From Octopus sinensis (Eukaryota), in assembly GCF_006345805.1 (NCBI RefSeq), contig NC_042998.1:136462001-136526000 (forward strand): a DNA stretch of 64,000 nt, written 5' to 3'. Position numbers and translations under genes: made by a program. Shown here piece by piece: positions 45,321-58,097 of this stretch. The notes under the pieces were generated by a model. That model saw only the letters and a list, made by a program, of their open reading frames with translations, ran no database searches and was not told where the DNA came from. How positions within the stretch are numbered: the stretch's first letter is position 1; every line of letters starts with the position of its first letter.

Positions 45321-45547
45321 TGGAGCCATTGCAGATTTCTGATATAGCGGATATATAATTGTTAAAAAGGACAACAAACGTTAAGGCAAGGCAAACATTA
45401 ATATTATTAGAATTCTAATAATAATAATAATAATAATAATGTATATGACTTGAGATGTTTGCCTTGCCTTATCGTCTGTTGCCCTCTTTAACAATTAGAT
45501 AGATAGATAGGTAGATAGATAGATAGATAGATAGATATGTAGGTATG

Positions 45548-45602
<55 letters not shown>

Positions 45603-45699
45603 GGGTGGAGAATTCACAACAAAACAAAGACGAAGACAGGTGGTGTAGACAACAAACATATGTATTAGTATAACGCTCGGGAAATTATATATATATATG

Positions 45700-45773
<74 letters not shown>

Positions 45774-46029
45774 CGTGACTGTGTGGTAAGAAGCTTGCTT
45801 CCCAACCACATGTTTCCGGGTTCAGTCCCACTGCGTGGCACCTTGGGCAAGTGTCTTCTACTGTAGCCCCGGGCTGGCCAAAGCCTTGTGAGTGGATTTG
45901 GTAGACGGAAACTGAAAAAAGCCTGTATGAACACCTACACTGAAGGTAACATAACTCCCTTTACAAGTAACAATGTTTCAGTTCACTCTGACATACAATT
46001 CAAAATCTCAGTTCTCTTTGTAAAGGGTA

Positions 46030-47030
46030 GTGGTGAGAAAAAGTACCCTCTGTGAATCCCTATCTCCAAGGGCTGCCATTATGTGTTATACGAATCTGTA
46101 GTGAATCTTAACTTGAGCAATTCGCAGAATTTATACTTGAACGCGAGTATAAATTGTATGTAATTGTGGGAAATCGAGTTTTGCATAAGCAAAATCTAAC
46201 CTAAAGACATCAACATCCATATGTTTTGCTTACACCACAGAATGAATTTTTAAACCATCTATACATGCTCAATGCAGCGTAAAAATCCCGGAACCCAACA
46301 TTTCTACTCAGTTACATACACAGTTCTGTTCTTTAGGACAAAACCCGTCAACTTCCGTTCCATCAAAACGTCCCAATCAACATCGAGAACAGTGACATTG
46401 ATTGCAACTGACGAGTCCCTTTAACGTCCTTGTACTTTAGGATGTCTGCCTGTTCTTCAACTCACTAAGTAGAGAATCTGTCACAAAAATCTTCCTTATC
46501 TGAAGATAATATATGAAAAGCGAGTAAGAGAGCTAATTTGCCCACTGTGATACCAGCTCATGCCTTCCATACCACAACATCAACCTCCCTTAATTGCAAC
46601 CTATCTATATCAAACATATGCAATGTTCCTGTTGGTTTTATCAAACATTGTGCCACTGGCTTTTTTCGCTTCTTACATGAATATGTTGACTTCATATTAT
46701 TTCGCAGTTCTTCCAATGATCTGGATGCCTCCACTTCAGAAATATTCTTTATACAACCGAATGGATTTTTGTTAAAATTTCTTTGTTTCTTTCGACGCTT
46801 CCTCATCTGAAAAAGGTATTCTGACCTGACGTCTCAGCACTTTCTCTTCACAAACTCATACAACTCCAAAAGATTAGCCTGCGCATCTTCATGAGCTTTT
46901 CTCCTTTTCCTATCGACAACTCTTCCTCTCAGACCTCAGTTTTTCCAGAAGACGCTGCCTCCTCGACAACGTTTCTCCCTCTTTACGCTATCAATAGGCT
47001 TTGCACCAAATTCTTCCGGGCACAATAATT
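46030..47030 (-). mobile_element. Degenerate RLE-type non-LTR retrotransposon RT (NeSL/HERO-like)
   Basis: MRKRRKKQRNFNKNPF..EELRNNMKSTYS..LREVDVVVWKA; GFLRCIEH; VFRLDFAYA remnants. Confidence 0.55.
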
Positions 47031-47079
47031 ATAACTCACTGCTTTCGGCCCCACCCAAAGCTGTTCACTGGTGAATAAT

Positions 47080-47885
47080 TTGTAGTAGTAAAATGTGTAT
47101 AAATTAGGACGAGATTATATAATGTATATTACATAATTAGAATAAGATGAAAATTAGATGCTTATAAAATAAATAAATTAATGCAAATAGATTAAATTAT
47201 AGAATTTTAACTTAATTTATGTTTATTATATTATGTATTTTACGTATTTAGTATCTAAACTATTTAGACTTTACAATTTTTCCAGTAAATGGAATATTAA
47301 AGTTAATTTTTTTCTTATTCTCACAGCTAAAGTACATTTGTAATTTTAATAGCTTAAATACATATTTCTATCTATTTCTTCTTTAAATTCTATTTACGCC
47401 ATATTTTCATGCGATATATTTCTTATAAACGCTAAGCTTTACGTATTACATTTAAATTTTTAGTTAACGGAAATCCTTCGATAAGATAAGTTATGTTCTT
47501 ATTTTAAGAAATATTGTTAAATGTTTTTCGATTATTTATAGTTAGTACACTATTTTTATAGATTTATTTGATAATTAGTATAAGTTAAGTTAAGTACATT
47601 TATTCTATTATTTTTTTATTATCTATTATTGTAGACCGGATGAGTGAGTATATTTTTTAAATAGAATTAATTTTAGATAGATTTAATTTTAAATCGAATT
47701 GATTTTACTATCATCATCTATTTGAAAATATAGCCACGAAACGCGTGTATTATTTTTACTACTATTTACTATTTATTGTATTTTATTGATTTTTAGAATA
47801 AGTTTTTTATAGCATATGTTTTCTATATGGTATGAATAACATCTTTCATTATTGAATTGTTTAATAGAGGTTGTTCTCTAAATTA
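47080..47885 (+). mobile_element. Very AT-rich Penelope-like remnant with a mutated hammerhead (~47637-47748)
   Basis: CGGATGA-gtg.gtatattttttaaatag..ctatttgaaaatatagccac-GAAAC-gcgt-GTA; ends in (TA)n. Confidence 0.45.
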
Positions 47886-49217
47886 TATATATATATATAT
47901 ATATTGTGGATTTTCATTATGCTTATCTGTGTATGAAGTGGCACCAAAGAAATTAAACAAACTTTTATACGTGAATCAACTGTTTTAGAAAGACCAAATA
48001 TTTGAAGAATTCGCAACGATTCCTTCAGAAACGTTTTATTATTTACGGGTTAAAGCATCTAAGTAAAAGCGAACCATCGTTCCTCTATATACGCCAGAAA
48101 TGAAGGGGGATTTCTCGCGAAAAGAATTTTAAGTGTATACTTCAACTACTTTGCTAACTACTTTGCTAACCCATGTCCTCTTGCTCATGGTGGAGGTTTC
48201 AGTATTTTGCATTTTAAAATCTGTATAACAGTGTTCTGGGGTGGGGGTGGGGGCATAAAATGATAGATTTGTCTACCGTGTAATATAACTTCTGCCAGGG
48301 GTTTGATAGGGTTAATGAATTCAACAAAGTTGAGTCTGCAGAGTCTGCAGTAGGAATATATTTGATTATTGACAAGTAATAGTTCCTAAGTGTGGAGGCA
48401 CGTGGTTTAGTGGTTAGGGTGTCAGCATCATGATCGTTAGATTGTGGTTTCGATTCCTGGACCGGGCGACTCGTTGTGTTGTTGAGCCAAACACTTCATT
48501 TCATGTTGCGCCAGACCACTCAGCAGGCAAAAATGAGTAACGCTGCGATGGACTGGCGTCCCGTCCAGCTGGGGGACACATACGCCATTGAAACCGGGAA
48601 ATAGTTCCTAATAGTGAATCGAAAAAAAGTAACATTCATTTCCAAAGCAGAGTTAAACCAATTTATAACGTAATGTTATTTATTCTAAAGGAGAGGAGAA
48701 AACAGAGCCTGATATATATTTTTGCCAATAATGCCCAGATAAATTGCAGAGGTTTTAATATTTCTGTGGAAGGGTGGGCGGGTGGCGAATTTAAGTTTGC
48801 AGTCCTTTAAAATAAAGATATTGCTAAAATATTAGTTCAATAAAACATTCTGCACAAAAGTGCTGATGTCATGTAAGCTGACGTAGTAAGTTCTTGTGTA
48901 AACGACTGAAACTCAGATGGATATAAAGTGATGAAAATTTGTCTTTCCACGTAAATATTTTTAGCTTTATCTGAGATGATAAAGATATTGCTCTTCTGTA
49001 ACCTACTGATTTTATTCACACACACTCACTCACTCACTCACACACACACACACACGCACAGGCACGCACACCCGCACAGGCACGCACACACACATATATA
49101 CATGCATTTAGAATATATATATGGAAATATACTCGTATATATACCTACATGTACACACACTCATATATCAATTAAATTACACACACACATACATACATAC
49201 ATACATACATACATACA

Positions 49218-49276
<59 letters not shown>

Positions 49277-49503
49277 AGAAAACGGAGAAATACATCCAAA
49301 TCAAATATCAATTCTCCATTTTCTTATTTTGTATTATGAATTTGTGGTAAAATATTTTACCTTTGCCCATATAATACAGTAGATGAATTAATTGCATCGC
49401 AATTCTTAACATTTATGTATTAACTTTGTTGGGTTCTTCACTAGCAGTATATTGGATATATGTTTTCCCATGGAGGGTTGCATTTACAACCCCTATCTCA
49501 ATT

Positions 49504-49572
<69 letters not shown>

Positions 49573-49685
49573 ACAATTGAATATAAGGATAAAATCTATA
49601 TAAGATTTTATCAAGCAGCGAGTGTAAAAATTAGTACTACCTATAGTATCAACCCTTAATGTAATAATGTATATATATATATATA

Positions 49686-51100
49686 TTAGAGATAAAACCA
49701 CTATTAAGCAAATCAAACAGTGAAAAACATAAACCAATACATAAAAATAAATATAATTAATATAACATATATAAAATATAAAATTTAAAATGTAAATTAC
49801 TTAAATTAAAAATTTTTATTTTATATTTATAAATTTTAATATTTTTTATATATTTTTTTAAAAATTAAAACTTTTCAACTTTTAATTTATTTATTTATTT
49901 TAAAAAATATATAATATATATTTTAAAAAAATATATCAAAAAGTATTAAAAAGTTTAATATAAGATAATAAGTAATACCACTACGTACGTTTCATGGCCA
50001 TAACCCAATTCGAATTACAATAATTTAAATTCAATTAAAAATTCGAATTATAGTTATAGTCAATCTTCAGTTTAATGATAATAGTTAAATAAATAGGCAA
50101 ATATATTTAAACAATATTTTTCAATAAATAAATAAAATAGTAATTTTTTCTTATAAAAAACTCTATTATCAAACTAGAGACTTTAACGATTAGGATTATG
50201 TCATACAATCAATTATAATGTTAAATATTAATTTTAAAGGTAAAAATAGATAGAAAATATATTTATCCATTAAGATATAATATGGCTTTATAAAACATAA
50301 TAAACTCACGAATAACCTAATCTCAGTTATAGTCAATATCTAATTACCAAATTATTAACAAAAAAATAATAATAAAATAAAAACCACTATTCATATTATT
50401 AAATTTAAGTTCAAATCTAATAATTATAAAATATTTGAGAATAATAGCAAAATTATTATCAATAGATATAAAAATTAAGATCTAAAATTATCTCTATCAA
50501 TAAATATATATACGTATAATGAAAAACTAAATAAATTATTCCATTTTTACTTACGAAATATATTAAAAAATTAAAAATGAAAAAGCAAATTATAAACGTA
50601 TAACCTATCTTAAAAGAACCCTATAACTATTTAACGATCAATATAAAACCGTATAGTTATAATCTAATAATGAAATACATATCTTTAACAACTAAATACT
50701 TATACAATCAAATTATCAATCCTTAGTTATATAGTATCCAATATAATACCATATACCATAAATTATTAAAATAATCAAAATAAATTTAATAAAAAGGTTT
50801 ACTTCGCTTTCAAAAAACGTGCCATTAACTAAACAAATGAAATAATAAACAAATAATAAACAAATAATAAACAAATAATAAACAAATGAAAAATTCTTTA
50901 ATAATGAAAACTACGAATATATTTTATCAATGAAAAATACTACTACAAATTACCAATACCTAAGCGAAATATTATATTATATTATATATATTATATTATA
51001 TTATACAACCCAATATAGTCTCAATGTACGTAAGTTTCAGAACGAAAAAGCGATAAGGAAGGGAGATGATAAAGGAATTAAGTATTATCTTATGAACTTC
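49686..51100 (-). mobile_element. Very AT-rich Penelope-like remnant with a hammerhead motif (~49975-50080)
   Basis: Minus strand CTGAAGA-ttgactataac..aattcgaatt..aattcgaattgggttatggccat-GAAAC-gtac-GTA; its end is related to 42910-42985. Confidence 0.55.
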
Positions 51101-51129
51101 ATTAGCTATGTCTTTAGATATATATAAAG

Positions 51130-51730
51130 GCATATGATTGTGTGCCACGGTAATGCTCTGGAGGGAGTTTGCAGGTGTTTGAGATTAATAAATAACTTTT
51201 GGTTGTTGTGAAGTTCTTATTACGAATGCGTAGCTGTCTGTGTACGAGTAAGTGGTGATTTTTCGAAACCTTTCAACGTAGATGTTAGACTTCGGTAGGA
51301 GTGAGTAACTGTTACCTCTCCTTTTCCTAATTTTTATGAACGTAGCCGTTGTGGAAGTGTAATTACAATTGGTAAACGTAAGATCGGTTGGCTGATATTT
51401 GCAGACGATACGGCGCTACTTGGCTAATTAGGAGGTGATCTCCATATGCTCTGAATGAGTTCGTTGCCGAGTGTTGCAAGGTAGAGATAAGATTAAGTGT
51501 TACAAAAACTGAGACAGTGGTCCCGCCAAGAAAATATTCACAGTTCACTCTGCAAGTTAGTCGAATATCATTGAACCAAATGGAGTAATCCAAGTATTTC
51601 GAGGCTGCATAAACGAATCATAGAAGGCTGGAGGTTGAATTGGATACTAGAACAGCAGGTACTGGCACCGTAATAAACTGGTTTCAGCATTCGATCCCCA
51701 GAGGAGGAGAAATTGATGGTTCCGAGTTCA
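51130..51730 (+). mobile_element. Degenerate RTE-like LINE RT fragment
   Basis: LIFADDTALL and ALNEFVAECCKVEIRLSVTKTETVV. Confidence 0.6.
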
Positions 51731-51835
51731 GTCATACTGCGCGTCACCATTGGTAAAGTGTATTCTATTGTAGCCTCGGGCCAACCATAGCCTTGTAAGT
51801 GGATTTGATAGACGGGAACTGAAAGAAGCCCGTCG

Positions 51836-51904
<69 letters not shown>

Positions 51905-51906
<2 letters not shown>

Positions 51907-52543
51907 TCCAGATCAACTTTCAATTTTTCTTTCAGTTCACGACGCGCATTCAGCCGTGACAACTTTGATCTTCCGTGAGCAAGTGAGGCATGCATTTTGC
52001 TGCAACTCTTTTCATTCACAATTCCTCGCTCAAAATTCGTTGACATGGACTCCAGGGTACACTATTCATATCAACAAGTAGGTCAATTGTTCGGTGACGG
52101 TACTCCAAGATTAGTTCATGACAGTTCATGAACTTTCATGACATTTTCGTTCATTCGGGAGGTCGACGGTCGCCCTGAACGAGGTTGGTCCTCAAGCGAC
52201 AAATGACCATTGCTAAAGCGTGAAAACTACTCGCAAACTTGTGCTTTGCGCACGGCAGCGGTCTTGTAAGCTGTTTGAAGCATGACAACTATTTCGTCCG
52301 CCGTTTTCCCCAGCAGAAAACAGAATTTCATGGAAGCACGCTGTTCCATCGTTTCATCGACGAACCATGGAGAAGCATTGTAAAACAAAGATGCACCACA
52401 TAGCAGCATGACACCAACAAACAACGCCGGTCGGCAGACTGATGTCTGAGGGTTGGATCAAGTGGCTTCTAGTGGCGGAAGCCTGAATTACCACAAGCTT
52501 TTCCCACAGAGAACGTTTCCGGTTACTTTCGGGTACCCCCTCG
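51905..52543 (-). mobile_element. Mariner 5' fragment
   Basis: TIR-like cgaggggggtacccgaaagtaaccgg; MEQRASMKFCFLLGKTADEIVVMLQTAY HTH N-terminus. Confidence 0.75.
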
Positions 52544-53496
52544 TGAGTGTCTGTATATATATTTATATATATATTCCCTCTTCGCTCCTTTATTCCATTT
52601 GGGCTCAACTCTCCTCCCCTCTTCCTCTAACCTCCTCCCCTTGCCTCTTTCCCCCTCCCTCCTACTTCTTCCTACCCACCTCTCCTCTCTTGCTCAGACT
52701 CTTACTTCTCTTCACCCCTACTCCCTTTCTTTCTTCTCATTTACTCTCTTCTCGCTTACTCTCTTTCTCTCTTACTCTCTTTCTCTCTTCTCTCTTACTC
52801 TTTCACTCTCTCTTTCTTCTCTCTTACTCTTTCATTCTCTCTTTCTCTCTTCTCTCTTACTCTCTTTCTCTCTTCTCTCTTACTCTCTTTCTCTCTTCTT
52901 TCTTCTCTCTTACTCTCTCTCTCTTCTCACATACCCACCTTCTCCTTCCCCCTTCATCGTCAACTCTCCCTCATAAACCCACCCCACCCCTAACATTCCT
53001 ACTCCACCTTCCCTGTCCTTCCCATCCCATCCCTTACACCCTCTCCCACATACCTCACCTCTACCCACACCCTCTGCCTACACACAAACCCCACCTCTAC
53101 CCCCACCCTCTACCGACCCACATATCCCAACATTCAGCCTAACCCACACCCCACTCGTGCTTTCCCCACTCTCGTTTCCCCCACCACTCAACATCACACC
53201 ACACCACACTACACCATACCACACTAGACATCACATCACAGCACACCACCCACACACCAGCACTGACCAATTCCCATCCCCACATTTTCACACCTACACA
53301 TACACCCACGCACGCATCAAGACCACCAGCTCTCTTTCACATGCACATACATACTCTCTTATACACACACGCACCTTCGTGTTGGGGGGTCCTCTTTACT
53401 TTGTTATCTCCCCTACTTCTTCGCTCTTCTGTGTGACCCTTCTGTCTGGCAGTCGCCATGATAGATCGGTAGCTACTACACGCATTTTTTCTCTCC

Positions 53497-54200
53497 TGCT
53501 CGGGTTGCGGACACCACTATAGTGGACAAACAAGTATGACCTTGAGAAAGAGAATCACTCTGCATAAAGAGCAAATCACTTTCCCGCAATACAGACAAAT
53601 TCCTCTCAGTGAACATATAGAAAAATGTGCAGGTAACATCGAACCAAATTTCACAGTCTTCCCTTTCTACCAGTGCAAAGACGCAATCTCTCAACTAGAA
53701 CGTTTAAATAAAGAAACTTTTTTCATTGAAAAATACAAAACACGTCTTAAATGCACGCATAACCAACTTTTAGCTTTTTACATATTTCAATTCACGATTA
53801 CATCACTGTACATAAATCCCCTACTAAACAAGGTTTTTGAAACTTGTCTCTGTCTGTACACATATATAATCCCCACCCAATACCGAAAGCTGAACAGTTA
53901 TCTCCCTTAGCCACAACAATAACAATAATATCGACAACCAATTACCTCCCTTTATTTATCTACTTGTGAAGTCATTCACTCGTGAATTTCATCACACACA
54001 ACATGGACAAAATTTGTTCATAACAAAACATATATATTCAAATAAGTAAAACATAATATCATGAATAGCGATAGCGAAACCGGTCGATATATTAAAATTT
54101 ATATTAAAACTATGTAAGTGTGCGTATTTTCCTTTTTAAATTTCTTATAAACATTACAACTTACCACGTGGGGATAATCGAAATTCCTCTTTTCTATTAC

Positions 54201-54205
<5 letters not shown>
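53497..54205 (+). mobile_element. Penelope-like element 3' end: GIY-YIG endonuclease C-terminus, 3' region and minimal hammerhead relic (54056-54090)
   Basis: CGHHYSGQTSMTLRKRITLH..SEH..PFY..RLNKETFFIEKY; atatc-ATGAATA-gc-gata-gc-GAAAC-cg-GTC-gatat. Confidence 0.75.
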
Positions 54206-54251
<46 letters not shown>

Positions 54252-54874
54252 TCCGTAATAATGAAGGGTGAAATTAATTAATTTGGAATAATTATCAATT
54301 ACACCAAGTAGTCTTCGGCATGTAAAAGCCTCATTCGAGGAAAATTTAAGTAATACTAAGCAATAAAGGGTTTAGCAACGAATTGCCTTACCACATACCG
54401 AATTTAGAAATAGCAGTCAAGGGTTAATAGCTATTTCTTCTACTAAAAAGGGAGATCTCAGTAAAAACAGCAAATGAAGGCAGACACAAACAGGTAAGAG
54501 AGAATGAATTGACGGCAATCTATCATACATTTTTAAGTTATCAACGGACATACGTTTCGAAATCAAGTTTAGGAAAGCATAAGAATTAAATATTAAATAT
54601 TAATAATTCTATCTTACCGAAACTTCTTTTCTCTTCAGCGTAGAATACTATAATCATAAATGATTATATATTGAATTTGAGATACTAGAAGGCACCAACT
54701 CAACTCAGTATCAGAGCGAGCTAGAATCCGGGAAGGGGCTGGTGACACAATCGTTTCATTCACAAATTGAATTCGGTGATACTAGTTGCGGATTCTAGCT
54801 CGCTCTGATACTGAGTGAGTTGGTGCCTCTAGTATCTCAAAATTCAATATATAATCATTTATGATTATAGTATT

Positions 54875-54982
54875 CTACGCTGAAGAGAGAAGTAAGAAGT
54901 TTCGGTAAGATAGAATCATTTAATATTTAATATTTAATTCTTATGCTTTCCTAAAAACTGATTTCGAAACGTACGTCCGTAG
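54875..54982 (+). ncRNA. Type I hammerhead ribozyme, array unit 1
   Basis: ctacg-CTGAAGA-long stem II-GAAAC-gtac-GTC-cgtag. Confidence 0.85.
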
Positions 54983-55473
54983 ATAACTTAAAAATGTATG
55001 ATAGATTGCCGTCAATTCATTCTCTCTTACCTGTTTGTGTCTGCCTTCCAATTGCTGTTTTTACTGAGATCTCCCTTTTTAGTAGAAGAAATAGCTATAA
55101 CCCTTTGACTGCTATTCTAAATCGGTATGTGGTAAGGCAATCGTTGCTAAACCCTTTATTGCTTAGTATTACTTAAATTTTCCTCGAATGAGGCTTTTAC
55201 ATGCCGAAGAGTACTTGGTGTAATGATAATTATTCCAAATTAATTAATTTCACCCTTCATTATTACGGATAACCATATTTTATCTCAGTAGATGACCACA
55301 GCATATTGTTTTGGCTACACGCGGGTGGGAAGGGGCTGGTGACACAATCGTTTCATTCACAAATTGGATTCGGTGATACTAGTTGCGGATTCTAGCTCGC
55401 TCTGATACTGAGTTGAGTTGGTGCCTTCTAGTATCTCAAAATTCAATATATAATCATTTATGATTATAGTATT

Positions 55474-55577
55474 CTACGCTGAAGAGAAAAGAAGTTTCGG
55501 TAGATAGAATTATTTAATATTTAATATTTAATTCTTATGCTTTCCTAAAAACTTGATTTCGAAACGTACGTCCGTAG
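55474..55577 (+). ncRNA. Type I hammerhead ribozyme, array unit 2
   Basis: Same motif as unit 1. Confidence 0.85.
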
Positions 55578-56069
55578 ATAACTTAAAAATTGTATGATAG
55601 ATTGCCGCAATTCATTCTCTCTTACTGTTTGGTGTCTGCCTTCCAATTGCTGTTTTTACTGAGATCTCCTTTTTAGTAGAGAAATAGCTATAACCCTTTG
55701 ACTGCTATTTCTAAATCGGTATGTGGTAAGGCATTCGTTGCTAAACCTTATTGCTTAGATATTAATTAAATTTTCCTCGAATGAGGCTTTTACATGCCGA
55801 AGAGTACTTGGTTGGTGTAATGATAATTATTCCAAATTAATTAATTTCACCCTTCATTATTACGGATAACCATATTTTATCTCAGTAGATGACCACAGCA
55901 TATTGTTTTGGCTACACGCGGGTGGGAAGGGGCTGGTGACACAATCGTTTCATTCACAAATTGAATTCGGTGATACTAGTTGCGGATTCTAGCTCGCTCT
56001 GATACTGAGTTGAGTTGGTGCCTTCTAGTATCTCAAAATTCAATATAAATCATTTATGATTATAGTATT

Positions 56070-56173
56070 CTACGCTGAAGAGAAAAGAAGTTCGGTAAGA
56101 TAGAATTATTTAATATTTAATATTTAATTCTTATGCTTTCCTAAAAACTTGATTTCGAAACGTACGTCCGTAG
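56070..56173 (+). ncRNA. Type I hammerhead ribozyme, array unit 3
   Basis: Same motif as unit 1. Confidence 0.85.
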
Positions 56174-56664
56174 ATAACTTAAAAATGTATGATAGATTGC
56201 CGTCAATTCATTCTCTCTTACCTGTTTGTGTCTGCCTTCCAATTGCTGTTTTTACTGAGATCTCCCTTTTTAGTAGAAGAAATAGCTATAACCTTTGACT
56301 GCCTATTCTAAATTCGGTATGTGGTAAGGCAATTCGTTGCTAAACCCTTTATTGCTAGTATTACTTAAATTTTCCTCGAATGAGGCTTTCACATGCCGAA
56401 GACTACTTGGCGTAATTGATAATTATTCCAAATTAATTAATTTCACCCTTCATTATTACGGATAACCATATTTTATCTCAGTAGATGACCACAGCATATT
56501 GTTTTGGCTACACGCGGGTGGGAAGGGGCTGGTGACACAATCGTTTCATTCACAATTGAATTCGGTGATACTAGTTGCGGATTCTAGCTCGCTCTGATAC
56601 TGAGTTGAGTTGGGCCTTCTAGTATCTCAAAATTCAATATATAATCATTTATGATTATAGTATT

Positions 56665-56768
56665 CTACGCTGAAGAGAAAAGAAGTTTCGGTAAGATAGA
56701 ATTATTTAATATTTAATATTTAATTCTTATGCTTCCTAAAAACTTGATTTCGAAACGTACGTCCGTAG
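56665..56768 (+). ncRNA. Type I hammerhead ribozyme, array unit 4
   Basis: Same motif as unit 1. Confidence 0.85.
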
Positions 56769-57261
56769 ATAACTTAAAAATGTATGATAGATTGCCGTCA
56801 ATTCATTCTCTCTTACCTGTTTGTGTCTGCCTTCCAATTGCTGTTTTTACTGAGATCTCCTTTTTAGTAGAAGAAATAGCTATAACCCTTTGACTGCTAT
56901 TTCTAAATTCGGTATGTGGTAAGGCAATCGTTGCTAAACCCTTTATTGCTTAGTATTACTTAAATTTTCCTCGAATGAGGCTTTTACATGCCGAAGAGTA
57001 CTTGGTGTAATTGATAATTATTCCAAATTAATTAATTTCACCCTTCATTATTACGGATAACCATATTTTATCTCAGTAGATGACCACAGCATATTGTTTT
57101 GGCTACACGCGGGTGGGAAGGGGCTGGTGACACAATCGTTTCATTCACAAATTGAATTCGGTGATACTAGTTGCGGATTCTAGCTCGCTCTGATACTGAG
57201 TTGAGTTGGTGCCTTCTAGTATCTCAAAATTCAATATATAATCATTTATGATTATAGTATT

Positions 57262-57366
57262 CTACGCTGAAGAGAAAAGAAGTTTCGGTAAGATAGAATT
57301 ATTTAATATTTAATATTTAATTCTTATGCTTTCCTAAAAACTTGATTTCGAAACGTACGTCCGTAG
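57262..57366 (+). ncRNA. Type I hammerhead ribozyme, array unit 5
   Basis: Same motif as unit 1. Confidence 0.85.
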
Positions 57367-57589
57367 ATAACTTAAAAATGTATGATAGATTGCCGTCAAT
57401 TCATTCTCTCTTACCTGTTTGTGTCTGCCTTCCAATTGCTGTTTTTACTGAGATCTCCCTTTTTAGTAGAAGAAATAGCTATAACCCTTTGACTGCTATT
57501 TCTAAATTCGGTATGTGGTAAGGCAATTCGTTGCTAAACCCTTTATTGCTTGGTATATATATATATATATATACATATATACATACACA

Positions 57590-58021
57590 TCTTTTACTTG
57601 TTTCAGTCATTTGACTGAAGCCATACTGGAGCACGACCTTTAGTCGAGCAGATCGACCCCAGGACCTATTCTTTGTAAACCTAGTACTTATTTTATCGGT
57701 TTCTTTTTCCGAACCGCTAAGTTATAGGGACGTAAACACATCAGCATCGGTTGTCAAGCTATGTTGGGAGGACAAACACACATACACAAATATACATACA
57801 TACATACATACATACATACATAGACACGCACACACGCACGCACACACACACACACATACACACACATATGCGACGGGCTTCTTTCAGTTTCTGTCTACCA
57901 GATCCACTCACAAGGCTTTTGTCGGCCCGAAGCTATAGTAGAAGGCACTTGTCCAAGGTGCCACACAGTGTGATTGAACCCTGAACCATGTGGTTAGTTA
58001 GCAAGCTACTTACCACACACC

Positions 58022-58022
<1 letters not shown>
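57590..58022 (-). mobile_element. Octopus-type SINE with an internal microsatellite (representative; others near 13670, 19500, 20950, 33040, 34950, 42750, 44130, 45770)
   Basis: cttttacttgtttcagtcat..gaaccgctaagtta..ccaaggtgccac..gaaccatgtggtt. Confidence 0.8.
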
Positions 58023-58091
<69 letters not shown>

Positions 58092-58097
58092 TATATT

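Larger units (their letters stand above)
54247..57551. repeat. Tandem array of ~597-bp units (4.7 copies, 54731-57551) plus an inverted partial unit (54247-54730), between (TA)n tracts
   Basis: Unit starts at 54731, 55328, 55925, 56521 and 57116; near-identical apart from small indels. Confidence 0.97.

Noticed and set aside
54731-57551. CRISPR-like array or coding repeat
   Set aside because: The units are wholly repeated with no unique spacers, there are no cas genes or substantial ORFs, and the context is eukaryotic.
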